A DNA stretch of 64,000 nucleotides from an uncultured Chthonomonadaceae bacterium (lineage in GTDB: Bacteria; Armatimonadota; Chthonomonadetes; Chthonomonadales; Chthonomonadaceae): contig CAWIEK010000060.1 in NCBI GenBank assembly GCA_963835065.1, forward strand, positions 1 to 64,000, read 5' to 3'. Positions 1 through 9,467 of this stretch are shown one piece after another. Both the position numbers and the translations under genes were made by a program. Numbering within the stretch: the stretch's first letter is position 1; every line of letters begins with the position of its first letter. The notes beneath the pieces are model-generated. The model worked only from the letters and a program-made list of their open reading frames with translations, did no database searches and was not told where the DNA came from.

Positions 1-162
1 ATGTTCCAGCCCCTCGCCACCACAAGTACAGGGAATGTCTTCGAGCCGCTTCATTACTCCGCCGCCCTTCTTCCCGTTCTCTCTGGCCGCGTCTGCTTTC
101 AACGTAGATGTTTTACTGCCCAAGTAGCGCGCATACGCTTGCCGCTGTTCTGCCGTGTACAT
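1..162 (-). CDS. Small basic protein, partial (runs off the left edge); not in the ORF track
   Basis: Manual translation MYTAEQRQAYARYLGSKTSTLKADAARENGKKGGGVMKRLEDIPCTCGGEGLEH...; GAAGGAGG upstream of the ATG and its own TTGACG-17-TATAAT promoter. Confidence 0.7.
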   Translation of the reverse strand, partial: MYTAEQRQAYARYLGSKTSTLKADAARENGKKGGGVMKRLEDIPCTCGGEGLEH

Positions 163-192
163 AAAACCGCTTCCCTCCTTCCGAATTCCTTC

Positions 193-221
193 ATTATAGC
201 CTAACCGCTTGATCCCGTCAA
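193..221 (-). promoter_or_regulatory. sigma70-type promoter for the leftward small ORF
   Basis: Minus strand TTGACG (221-216), 17 bp spacer, TATAAT (198-193). Confidence 0.7.
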
Positions 222-238
222 ATACTTTGCTTTCCCTA

Positions 239-268
239 TTGCATATCGCCTATCCGTTCGGCTATAAT
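239..268 (+). promoter_or_regulatory. sigma70-type promoter for the recombinase
   Basis: TTGCAT (239-244), 18 bp spacer, TATAAT (263-268). Confidence 0.55.
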
Positions 269-301
269 GGTACATCCTTCTACAAAATTGGAACCACCAA
301 C

Positions 302-2008
302 ATGCCCGAAATGCCTTTGCGCGTTGTCACGTACAGCCGCGTCAGTACGGAAGATCAAGCCGATTATGGAACCGGCTTGGACACGCAGGACATTGAGAAT
401 GTCCGCTTTGCCGAACGTATCGGCGCGGTTGTTGTCGGGCGTGAAAGCGATCCGGGCGTCAGTGGGACCATTTACCCACGCGCCGGTCTGGAACGCGCCC
501 TGCGGCTGCTGGAAAGCGGGCAGGCCGATGCGTTGATCGTGCATCGGGTTGACCGGCTAGGGCGCGAACAGTGGATACCGCCGTTTGTCCATAAGCGTAT
601 CAAAGTGGCGCAAGCGCGGCTGTTCACGGTTGAAGATGGGGAAGTTACCGATCAAAACATTCTGCTGTTTGCCCTGCGCGGCGGCATGGCGCAAGCCGAT
701 TACAGCCGCTTAATTCAGAACCTAAGAGCGGGGCAACGCCGTCTGGCCGAAAAGGGGCAGACGCCTTCGCGGGCGTGGTCGCCGTATGGCTATCATATCG
801 TGCAGAAAGTGGAACAGGGGCAGGTTCGAGAAAACGCGGGCGCGTTTGTCATTGTGGAAGCGGAAGCCGAAGTTGTTCGGCTGATTTACACCCGGTACGA
901 GGCCGGGGATAGTCTTTCCGCTATTTGCCGACTGCTGCACACGCAGGGCGTCCCCATTCCACGCCCGGAACGTCAGCAGGTGACGCGCAGCTTCTGGCAG
1001 GCGACAATGGTTTCCCGTATACTCAAAAACACAGCGTACAAGGGCTATATCATGTGGGGAAAAACCCGCGCGGTTTTCAAGGATAAGGCCGATCTGTCTT
1101 TTGAGGAACGCCTGAACTGCCGAACGCAGAACCCGCGCAAGCGCGTAGACACTCCCACGCCGGAAAGCGCCCAGGTGCGTATTCCCGTCCCGCCCCTCGT
1201 CAGCGTAGCCCTGTGGGAAGCCTGCCAGAAACGGCGGCAGGAGAACAAGGAAGCCGGGGGTGTCCGCAATGACCGGAAACACTTGTTTGCAAGTCTGGTA
1301 CGCTGCCCGTCGTGCAATCGCCGAATGAACTCCGGGCGTGTTCACTATAAGAAACGTGCAACTGAAGATAGGCCTGTATTCTATCGTTGCCACGACTACG
1401 CGCCGAGCCAGACCGCGCCGGACTTCGTTTGTCACCGAACGCACTACAAAGAGCAGGACATTCGCGCTGCCGTGCGCCGGTTCTTTGTCGCGCTGACCGA
1501 AACCCCGGAATTTGTAGCCGCCGCGTTTCAAGCCTATGCGGATTCCCGTCAGTCGAATTATTCTGCTGATGAACACGCGCAGGTTATCAACGACCTGCGC
1601 GAACTGGACGCAAAAGAAGCAGCAACGGCACAAGCCTATTCCAACAGCATCCGCATTGGAACGCGCCCGGAAGTGTTCGAGGCGCAGCTAACCGAGATCG
1701 TTCAGGAGCGCAGGCGGCTGGAAGCGCGAAAGGGCGCAATGGAAACCCTGCTCATGTCTCACAAAGACGAAGACGCGCAGGAAGTGGCGCAGATCGTTGC
1801 CGCGTATGCCCGCGACATACTGGAAGTGCTGGACTCCGACACGCTGGAAACCGTCGAGCAGAACCAAGCTTTGCGCCGTGTCCTGCACTCCATCAAGCCC
1901 ATTCCAGACGGCTTCCGCGTGGAAGCGTACCCGATAGCGACAACAAGCAGCGGTCAGGTAGACATCCAACTTCCACCTGTTACAAGCATCGTCACACCGG
2001 TTAAATAG
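302..2008 (+). CDS. Large serine recombinase (resolvase domain, recombinase domain, Zn ribbon, coiled coil)
   Basis: Catalytic YSRVST motif, DRLGR, PYGY, ILKNTAYKG, LVRCPSC...YRC...VC. Start at ATG 302 or 311 fits the promoter better than the track start at 209. Confidence 0.93.
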   Translation: MPEMPLRVVTYSRVSTEDQADYGTGLDTQDIENVRFAERIGAVVVGRESDPGVSGTIYPRAGLERALRLLESGQADALIVHRVDRLGREQWIPPFVHKRIKVAQARLFTVEDGEVTDQNILLFALRGGMAQADYSRLIQNLRAGQRRLAEKGQTPSRAWSPYGYHIVQKVEQGQVRENAGAFVIVEAEAEVVRLIYTRYEAGDSLSAICRLLHTQGVPIPRPERQQVTRSFWQATMVSRILKNTAYKGYIMWGKTRAVFKDKADLSFEERLNCRTQNPRKRVDTPTPESAQVRIPVPPLVSVALWEACQKRRQENKEAGGVRNDRKHLFASLVRCPSCNRRMNSGRVHYKKRATEDRPVFYRCHDYAPSQTAPDFVCHRTHYKEQDIRAAVRRFFVALTETPEFVAAAFQAYADSRQSNYSADEHAQVINDLRELDAKEAATAQAYSNSIRIGTRPEVFEAQLTEIVQERRRLEARKGAMETLLMSHKDEDAQEVAQIVAAYARDILEVLDSDTLETVEQNQALRRVLHSIKPIPDGFRVEAYPIATTSSGQVDIQLPPVTSIVTPVK

Positions 2009-2730
2009 TTGGCAGCATCGGATGCGAAAAACACAGCGACACCCGCCACGTCCTCTACGCTGGCGATACGTCCGAGCGGAATCTGGGAGAGTATGTCTGC
2101 CGCCATCGTTGCCATGCCTTCGCGCGCCATTGCCGTTTCCACCCAGCCGGGCGCGATGCAGTAAGACAGGATGTTGTTATGCGCTTCCGCGCGGGCGAGG
2201 CAGCGCGTCAGGTTCACCATGCCGGCTTTGCTCACGGCATACGCGGGCGCGTCGGTTTCGGCCCGAAACGCGGAGCGGGACGCGATATTGATGACCTTGC
2301 CCCCGCCCTGCCGCTTCATCTGCGGCAGGGCGCAAAACGTGGCGTTGACCGCGCTCATCAGGTTCGTGTCCAGCGTCCGCTTCCAGCCGGCCTGCCAATC
2401 GCTGTAATCGGGCGTATCAAAGGGAACCGCCTCGAAAATGCCCGCGTTGTTGACCAGCACATCCAGCCTTCCGAACGCGGCGAGAGTTTCCTCCACCATG
2501 CGGCGCGTGTCTTCGGGATCGCTCACATCCGCCTGTACCAGCAGGTGCGGCCCCGCCTTACACGGCGGCAATTGCGCCAGAACCGACCGGGCCGCTTCCG
2601 CATTGGCATTATAATGTAGCGCGACTCTCATTCCCCGACGAGCGTATTGCCGCGCAATGGCGCTCCCGATACCGCGCGAAGCGCCCGTTACCAGCGCTGT
2701 CCGCCCCTGCAACTCTTCCATAAATTCCAT
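1954..2730 (-). CDS. SDR family oxidoreductase (FabG-like)
   Basis: TGASRGIG, NNAG, YAVSK catalytic motif; 3' end overlaps the recombinase by 55 bp. Confidence 0.92.
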   Translation of the reverse strand: MEFMEELQGRTALVTGASRGIGSAIARQYARRGMRVALHYNANAEAARSVLAQLPPCKAGPHLLVQADVSDPEDTRRMVEETLAAFGRLDVLVNNAGIFEAVPFDTPDYSDWQAGWKRTLDTNLMSAVNATFCALPQMKRQGGGKVINIASRSAFRAETDAPAYAVSKAGMVNLTRCLARAEAHNNILSYCIAPGWVETAMAREGMATMAADILSQIPLGRIASVEDVAGVAVFFASDAANYLTGVTMLVTGGSWMST

Positions 2731-2876
2731 TCTCCTGCCGCCGCAATACTGTTAATTGCGGATTGTGATACGGTATAATAGCATAAAGAACAGGTTAGTT
2801 TCGCAGACGAAAACACAAACGATCAAGACTATAGAAGAAACGACAAAGGATACGAAGACAAACTATTTAAAGGAAA

Positions 2877-3110
2877 ATGTCGTATATGGCAAGCGCGGCG
2901 GTGCGGCGGGCGTTGTGGCGGGCGGCGCAAGACCCGGATTTTCGGCGACGCAGCCTGGCAAATTTAGGGATGGCGCTGGCGGAAGACGGCTTCATTTTGA
3001 CCGATGCGGAAATGGCTGATTTGCGCAACTGGTGGGAATTGCTGCGCGGGCTTTCGGAGCGCGCGTCGTATGAGCGTATCAGCGCCCTCGCGCGCTCCAA
3101 CCCACGCTGA
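2877..3110 (+). CDS. Small helical protein resembling NHLP/Nif11-type leader domains
   Basis: RAAQDPDFRRR...LAEDGFILTDAE pattern; AAGGA upstream. Confidence 0.5.
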   Translation: MSYMASAAVRRALWRAAQDPDFRRRSLANLGMALAEDGFILTDAEMADLRNWWELLRGLSERASYERISALARSNPR

Positions 3111-3174
3111 ACCCTTTGCATCCGGGTACTTTCAGCATCCGGGCAATCGGCATAACCGCTAAGGAATTTTCCTG

Positions 3175-4327
3175 ATGGACTCGATAGTTCTTCCCACGCC
3201 CTGGCAGGAACGCTTTACCCGCGAACGTCAACGCCTGCTGGATGCCCTGGGCGCGTTGACGGACGGCGGCATTGTGGAAGCCTTGCAGCCTATCGGTTCC
3301 CTGAGTTTCAACGTCACCGCAGGGAATGCAGAGGACAGCCCCGAACAAGGAAAAGCGACAGGCGAAGCCACCGGGGAACCGCAGCCGCGGCTGGACATCG
3401 GGCTTGCCGTGTGGCCGTTTCCTTTGCAGGCGAGCGAACGGACTGCGTTGGAAGCGATTGGCTACGCCCCGGTTCCCGACATACGAAATAGCGCCGGAGC
3501 AGCGTTTTCAGCATGGTTCCGCCCCGTTCCAACTGTTTGTCGTGGAAGCGGGCGGGGAGCAATGGACGGACTGGCTGGTTTGGCGCGATTATCTGCGCGC
3601 GACTTACGCCGCAACCCGCAACCCGCAGCCTTCAACTGTTGCGGACTCGCCGGTTTTGCGCGATACCCTGCGCGTCGGCCCCGAAGCGCAGGTTGATTGC
3701 GCGACAACGCTTGCAAACGCGCGGCAGTGGTGGATGGAAACAAAGGGGTTTTCTCCCCTGGAAGAAGTGTCTCGCGAGTTGGCGGGGTTTGACGGCGTGT
3801 GGCACATTGCGGGCGGGTGGGCTATTGACTGCTTTTTGGGCCGGGTGACGCGCGTTCACCATGACATTGACATTCTCATTGCCCGCGCCGATCAGCTTGC
3901 GTTTCAAGAATATATGCGCGCGCGGAACTGGAAATGGGTCGCGCCCAACGAGGGGAAACTGGAACCCTGGCAGCCGGGCGTGTTTCTGGAACTGCCGCGC
4001 CATCAGGCTCACGCGCACCGCAACGGGCAGATGCTGGATTTTCTGTTCGGGGAGATAAGCGGTGGCGTATGGCGGTTCCGGCGCGACCCCAACATACTGC
4101 GAACAACGGAGCGTATCTTTTTGCGAACGGCTTCGGGCTTGCCCTGCATTGCGCCGGAAATCGCCCTGCTGTACAAAAGCCGTGCCGGAAGCGCGGGACT
4201 GCGCGACAGGGATCAGGCCGATTTCGACAACGCCCACCCTCACCTGAACCCCGAACAGCGCGCCTGGCTGCGCTGGGCCTTGACCGTCACCAATCCGCAG
4301 CATCCCTGGCTTCCCATCCTGTTGTAG
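3175..4327 (+). CDS. GrpB-like domain fused to an ANT(2'')-like nucleotidyltransferase domain; frameshift near 3477
   Basis: WQERFTRER, IGS, LDI and WRDYLR in the N-terminal half, spread over two frames; IAGGWAIDCFLGRVTRVHHDIDI and APEIALLYK in the C-terminal half. Confidence 0.72.
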
Positions 4328-4388
4328 TCGCTTCCCGCGTTGAGCCTGTTCGCGCTCCTCAATACGGAACGTCGGCGTGTTTGGCATA

Positions 4389-4480
4389 GAGCCTATCCCG
4401 ATAGGGGTTGTCCTTGCGTTCGTAGGACGCTTGCACTTTCCTGCCGGGTATTTTCAATACCCGGCCAATTGGGATAGGCC
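4389..4480. mobile_element. MITE copy 1 (92 bp)
   Basis: Ends GAGCCTATCCC / GGGATAGGCC flanked by ATA on both sides; near-exact reverse complement of 17650-17742. Confidence 0.8.
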
Positions 4481-4487
4481 ATAGATT

Positions 4488-5895
4488 TCAGTCGGCATCT
4501 TCGATGGATGTTTTGCGCTTACGTAACACAGTGAGCGTGAGCAGCAAGGGAAAGACTACTCCCATGATGATGAAAAGATAGCCCGATCTTACGTCGGCCT
4601 CGGCTTTTTTACGCCCGACCGATTGTTCCAGGCGGCTGACGTCCCTGCGCCCCGGAACATAAATCACTTGCGCGGACGTACCGGCTTGCGTTTGCGCGTA
4701 ATCTTCACGCGAAACGGGACTGAGCGACTCGATACGCTGTCCGTTCGAATCGTTGAAGGCATACCGGAGCAGGTAGGTCGTATGCTTGCTCCCGCTTTCA
4801 ATGGATTTGCCCGTAATCTGCCCGGTTGTGGTACGCCCCTGCGCGTCCATCAGGCGGTAGTGTTCCATGTGTTCATTGCCATCGCGCAGGATTTTCAAGC
4901 CCACGCCGCACAGGAACACCATATAGATGCCCGCAAGTATAGGGAGTAATACCCGCGTCTGCTTATCGTTCTTGCGCTTTAGCTCTTTGGCCTGCGCCAC
5001 GCCCTCCTGTTTGGCGGCGGTGTCGCTGTGGGCGCGAATGTAGTCCAGCAGCAGGTCATAATCCTTCATTTTGGCGGTCAGCGCGATCTTTACGCCATTG
5101 CCCTGAATGGTGGTTACTTCCCACGAGTCGCTTTTGCTCTGCACGGTGCGCGACATCAGGGAAGTCACCTCGCCAAAGCGGATTTCCCGCGTCTTAAACA
5201 GGTCTTTTTCCACCAGCCCGAACGCCGTTACCGTGAGCGTATCCGTGTACGCATGGACGGTGGCGTAAAGAAATAGCAGTTCCATGCTTCCCAAAAATAG
5301 ATAGACCAGCGCCGCCGCCCAGTAATCCGAGGCTTTGAGGGGTTGCATGGCGATGAACAGCAGCATCAGGCCGACAATCAGCGACATGAATACGCCTGCC
5401 CACGCCATATCCTTCTTGGGCCGGTACACGTTGTCCAGAACGCCGATGTCCCGTTTTTGACGTTCGCGCAGAACCGCCAGATGCGGTTCCAGCAATACAT
5501 TCAGTTCCCCAACCTGTTTTGCGCCGAGCAGGCCGCGCTGTATGCTGATTTTGCTTCCCGCCGCGTCCACAAAGGTCAGTTCGCTGTCGTCCTGTCCGTT
5601 CGCTTCAAAGCGCGCGATTTCCGGCCAGAACAGCGTACGCGCCCCGTTCCAGCCCCGCCGGGTGACGCCCTGAGCGTCCACTTCATAAACGGTGAACGAT
5701 TCCAGCAGCCCGTACACGCACAGGAAGCCGACAAAACCGCCCATTGCCAGAAACAGCCCACTCCCGGCCAGCGTGTCCCGGCTCCAATGGTTCGTGTACG
5801 GAATGAGTAATCCCGAAATACAGGACGCCGGCAGAGATGGCAAGCCAAAAGCACATCATCAGCCGAAATCCTACATTGCCTGTAAATCTCTGCAT
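4488..5895 (-). CDS. Multi-pass membrane protein with two bacterial PH-like domains and a DUF3592-like domain; frameshift near 5815
   Basis: Alternating TM pairs and beta-rich segments; likely start MQRFTGNVGF lies in another frame; paralog of 6023-7474. Confidence 0.65.
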
Positions 5896-5911
5896 AAAAC
5901 TTCTCCAAAGC

Positions 5912-6020
5912 CGGTGTTCAGGTGTTTGGTGTTCAGGTGTTCGGTGTTCAGGTGTTCGGGTATTCAGGGGAAGACGCGGCATTGTCCTGAACACCTGAAT
6001 ACCTGAATACCCGAACACCG
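5912..6020. repeat. Inverted pair of 7-8-mer tandem arrays (GGTGTTCA / TGAAYACC)
   Basis: Visible directly; the same unit recurs at 63914-63947. Confidence 0.85.
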
Positions 6021-6022
6021 TT

Positions 6023-7474
6023 TCAAGGCGACTGCATCCGTTCCAGGCGGCGCATGACGGCGGAAGACGTGTACTTGCGGTGGTAAGCGATGGCCGCTCC
6101 TAATCCAAGCAGGAACGGCAGGCAGGCGGCAATGCCGAACATAATATGCCCGACGCGGATCATTTCTTCGCCTTGCGCTTTGCCGAGCGAGGCCATCGCG
6201 TGTTTAATATCGGGATTGCTCGGCAGGTACACCACCGGAATGTTCCCTGTGCTGCGCGCCTGCTCGTAATCCCGCAGGGGAACATAGCCGCTGCCCTCGT
6301 AAGATTTGCCGCCAACGTCAAGCGTGTAATCTACCCGGTAGCGTGGGTCGGAGCGGCCTTTCACCTGTGTATCCGTGACGCGGGCGATTGTGGTTTTTCC
6401 CTGCGCGGCCAGCAGGCGATAATGCTCCAATTTCTCCTGGCCGGTTTGCGTGAACAGCAGCCCCATCAGTCCCAACAGAAACGCCAGTATCAGGCCCACA
6501 ATGGGCATCTGCCACGCCATAGAACGGGCGTCCCGGCGTTCCATTTCGGCTTTCGCGCTTGGCTGCGCGTTCAGGGTTTCGGCGGGAACGCGGGCGCGTA
6601 CGAACTCCAGCAGCAGGGCGTAGTTGGGCAGAGTGGAGTTGAAGGCGATGGTTTTGCCGTCGCCTTGCAGCGTCACCCGCTCCATGTCTTTGTTTTTGCC
6701 GACAGTCTGCGCCGCAAAAACGTGGAGATGCGCAAACGGAATCGTGACCGTTCGCCAGGGCAGGCGGAGCGAAATATCCGTATCGGTCACGGTGTAAACC
6801 GACAGCAGCAGGGGCAGGCCACCCGCAAGCAGGAACAAGGCTCCAAACACGAAAAATCCGCTCAGGCCGAGGCTGGCGTTGTTATCTGACGGGGAAGTGG
6901 TCTTCAGCATCGGCGCGAACCGGATGAACGCGGCCATAAGCAGGGAAACGATGGGCATGGCGATCCCCAACAAGCCTGCCGGGGAGCGCAGGCCATAGCG
7001 AAACGTTTGGCCCTGTACAGCCTGCCGCTGCATCTGCGCCGTCAGGGGCGCGAGGCGTTGGTTGAGCGCGTCCGCCAACAGCATCCCGGAAGCGTCCCGG
7101 AAACGGTAGTGGGTGACATGCGAATCTAACACGACATTCATCTGTTGTCCGTTGGTATCCGTCAGCGTCAGCACATGCTTGGTGCTGCTGAGTTCATACC
7201 CGCTCAACTCCCGCCAGCGCAGGCGCGTTTCGCCCCGCAGCCCGCGCTTTGTAATACCGTCCTCGTCCATTTCATATACGGAACTGGCGTCAATCAGCCC
7301 GATCAGGCTGTAGATGACGGGCAGGAGAAACACGCCCAGGATAACGGCATCTCCCCAGCGCAAGCGCCCGGAAAGCAGGGGCAACAGAAAGAAGTAGCAC
7401 GGAAAGCCGACATACGCGGCCATCACCCCGATAAGTTTCAATTTCACGCTGAACGGACTGGCAAACGTCTGCAT
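6023..7474 (-). CDS. Multi-pass membrane protein with PH-like and DUF3592-like domains (tandem paralog)
   Basis: Shares YEMDEDGITKRG / YEVDAQGVTRRG and EHYRLLAAQGKTT / EHYRLMDAQGRTT with its neighbour. Confidence 0.7.
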   Translation of the reverse strand: MQTFASPFSVKLKLIGVMAAYVGFPCYFFLLPLLSGRLRWGDAVILGVFLLPVIYSLIGLIDASSVYEMDEDGITKRGLRGETRLRWRELSGYELSSTKHVLTLTDTNGQQMNVVLDSHVTHYRFRDASGMLLADALNQRLAPLTAQMQRQAVQGQTFRYGLRSPAGLLGIAMPIVSLLMAAFIRFAPMLKTTSPSDNNASLGLSGFFVFGALFLLAGGLPLLLSVYTVTDTDISLRLPWRTVTIPFAHLHVFAAQTVGKNKDMERVTLQGDGKTIAFNSTLPNYALLLEFVRARVPAETLNAQPSAKAEMERRDARSMAWQMPIVGLILAFLLGLMGLLFTQTGQEKLEHYRLLAAQGKTTIARVTDTQVKGRSDPRYRVDYTLDVGGKSYEGSGYVPLRDYEQARSTGNIPVVYLPSNPDIKHAMASLGKAQGEEMIRVGHIMFGIAACLPFLLGLGAAIAYHRKYTSSAVMRRLERMQSP

Positions 7475-7624
7475 GGCTCCTCCCGAAAAAGGGTATTCGG
7501 TATTGGGTGTTGGGTGTTTGGGAATACAATAGTATAAAATTTTCCCAGTATAACAGTTTACCCTGTGTTGTTCGCCAGTGACGCCGAACCGAACGTTTTG
7601 GGACGGTCAACAGAACGGTTGCCG

Positions 7625-8116
7625 TTAAGAAGCAGCCTTTTTGCGGCGCAGGTAGGCGACGACAGCGGACGCGACAATGGCTCCGACGACGACCCGCGTC
7701 ACCATCTTTTCCCGGTTGTATTTCCACTCCGCTTTCAAGCCCATTTCTCCGAAGATGTTGGGAATGTGGCCGCGCGAAAGGTCAACCAGAACGCCTTCCA
7801 CCATGCCCACCTGATCCGCCAGTATCAAGGGAACCCAATGCCCGTAGCTGGATTCGCTGTATTTGAACGCCGTACGGCGAAGCATGCCGCTCAGTCCCAT
7901 GGGCGGCGTTGACGTTCCGAATACGGTGGTGATGAAGGGTCGCTCGTTGGATTGTAAAATTTCAACGGTGAGCGGCTGCTGCGGCGGGCGCTCCCAGGTA
8001 TAGCCCGCGTGTTCCCCGTTGTTGCGCGTCTTTATCGGATACGTCGGGTCGTTTTTCGGGTTGGCGTCCACGCCCCACCCCTTGACCTGCGCGGGATCTA
8101 TAAGAGTATTTTCCAT
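7625..8116 (-). CDS. Hypothetical protein with a C-terminal TM helix
   Basis: GWGVDANPKNDPTYP motif; GGAAGGA RBS before MENTL; co-oriented with the ADH and SDR genes. Confidence 0.7.
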   Translation of the reverse strand: MENTLIDPAQVKGWGVDANPKNDPTYPIKTRNNGEHAGYTWERPPQQPLTVEILQSNERPFITTVFGTSTPPMGLSGMLRRTAFKYSESSYGHWVPLILADQVGMVEGVLVDLSRGHIPNIFGEMGLKAEWKYNREKMVTRVVVGAIVASAVVAYLRRKKAAS

Positions 8117-8145
8117 GTCGGTTCCTTCCTGATTAGTTTCTTCAG

Positions 8146-8263
8146 GTAGGGGCGCTGCTTGCTGCGCCCGCCTTTGCGTTGCGCCCGCGTTGGCATTGGT
8201 GTTTACGCCCACGTTGGCGTTTGCGCCTGCGTTTGCGGAGGGTTCAGCAAGCAGAACCCCTAC
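8146..8263. repeat. GTAG-type REP doublet (REPIN-like)
   Basis: GTAGGGGCGCTGCTTGCTGCGCCC and inverted GGGTTCAGCAAGCAGAACCCCTAC. Confidence 0.75.
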
Positions 8264-8292
8264 GATGTACCTTACCGTTTCTTGACGGCGTA

Positions 8293-9447
8293 TTAGCTTC
8301 GGACGGAGGGCGGGATCAGCACCGGCTTGATGCAGTTGTCGAGCTTCCCGGAAAAAATCCGGTAGGCATCCGACACGTATTCCAGCGGGATGCGGTGAGT
8401 GATGAGCGCTTTCGGATCGAGGACGCCATTCTGTACATGCTCAATCAGGCGCGGCAGCAGCCGCTTCACCGAGGCTTGGTTTGCCCGGATGGTAATGCCT
8501 TTATTGACCACATTGCCGATGGGAACGAGCGCGCCAATCGGGCCATAAACGCCAACGATGGAGACAATCCCGCCCTTTTTCACGGAGTTGATCGCCCAAT
8601 GCAGCGCGGTTGCCGCCCCGCCTACCGCCTTCAATCCTCTGCCGAAGAGCGTCTGCATCGGGGCGCCGGCGGCTTCCGCGCCCACCGCGTCAATACACAC
8701 ATCCGCGCCCAGCCAATCCGTCGTTTTCTTCATGAACAGCACCGGGTCTCCGATGGACTTGAAGTTATAGGCTTCGCAGGGCGCGTACTTTCTCACAAAA
8801 TCAAGACGGTACTCTTCCTGGTCAATGACAATGACACGTCCCGCCCCGAAAAGCCAGGCGCACCGCGCCGCCATAATTCCCACGGGGCCGGCCCCGAATA
8901 CAACAACGGTATCCCCCGGCTGAATTCCGCCCATTTCCGCGGCCTGGTAGCCGGTAGGCACGACATCGGTGAGCAGTACGGCATCGTCCGGGTCCATGCC
9001 GGCGGGAATCACCGTAGGACTCACATCCGCATACGGGACGCGGGCATATTCCGCCTGCCCGCCGTCGAAGCCGCCTGCCGTATGCGAGTAGCCGAAAATA
9101 CCGCCCACTGCCGTAGCCTGGGGATTGGATTCATGGCAATTCCCGTAGAGTTCCTGCTGGCAGAAGACGCACTTTCCGCAGGCAATGTTGAAGGGAACCA
9201 GAACGTGGTCGCCTACTTTCAATTTCTGCACTTCGGGGCCGACCTGCTCCACGACGCCGGTAAACTCGTGCCCGAACGTCATTCCCACGCGGGTATCCGG
9301 CACGGAGCCGTTATATAGATGCAGATCGGAGCCACAGATACAGGAGCGTGTGACCCGGACAATGGCGTCCTGGGGATGCAGTATCTCCGGCATGGGTTTA
9401 TGGTCAATGCGGACCCGCAGCGGCCCCCGATAATTCATAGCAAGCAT
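8293..9447 (-). CDS. Zinc-dependent alcohol/formaldehyde dehydrogenase family protein
   Basis: CICGSDLH, GHEFTG, CGKCVFC...C, GAGPVG. Confidence 0.93.
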   Translation of the reverse strand: MLAMNYRGPLRVRIDHKPMPEILHPQDAIVRVTRSCICGSDLHLYNGSVPDTRVGMTFGHEFTGVVEQVGPEVQKLKVGDHVLVPFNIACGKCVFCQQELYGNCHESNPQATAVGGIFGYSHTAGGFDGGQAEYARVPYADVSPTVIPAGMDPDDAVLLTDVVPTGYQAAEMGGIQPGDTVVVFGAGPVGIMAARCAWLFGAGRVIVIDQEEYRLDFVRKYAPCEAYNFKSIGDPVLFMKKTTDWLGADVCIDAVGAEAAGAPMQTLFGRGLKAVGGAATALHWAINSVKKGGIVSIVGVYGPIGALVPIGNVVNKGITIRANQASVKRLLPRLIEHVQNGVLDPKALITHRIPLEYVSDAYRIFSGKLDNCIKPVLIPPSVRS

Positions 9448-9467
9448 GGAACTGACTTCCTTTCTGG

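Noticed and set aside
1..204. Plus-strand 67 aa ORF and the 209 start for the recombinase
   Set aside because: The minus-strand ORF has an RBS and a promoter, and the 209-301 segment contains the recombinase's own promoter.
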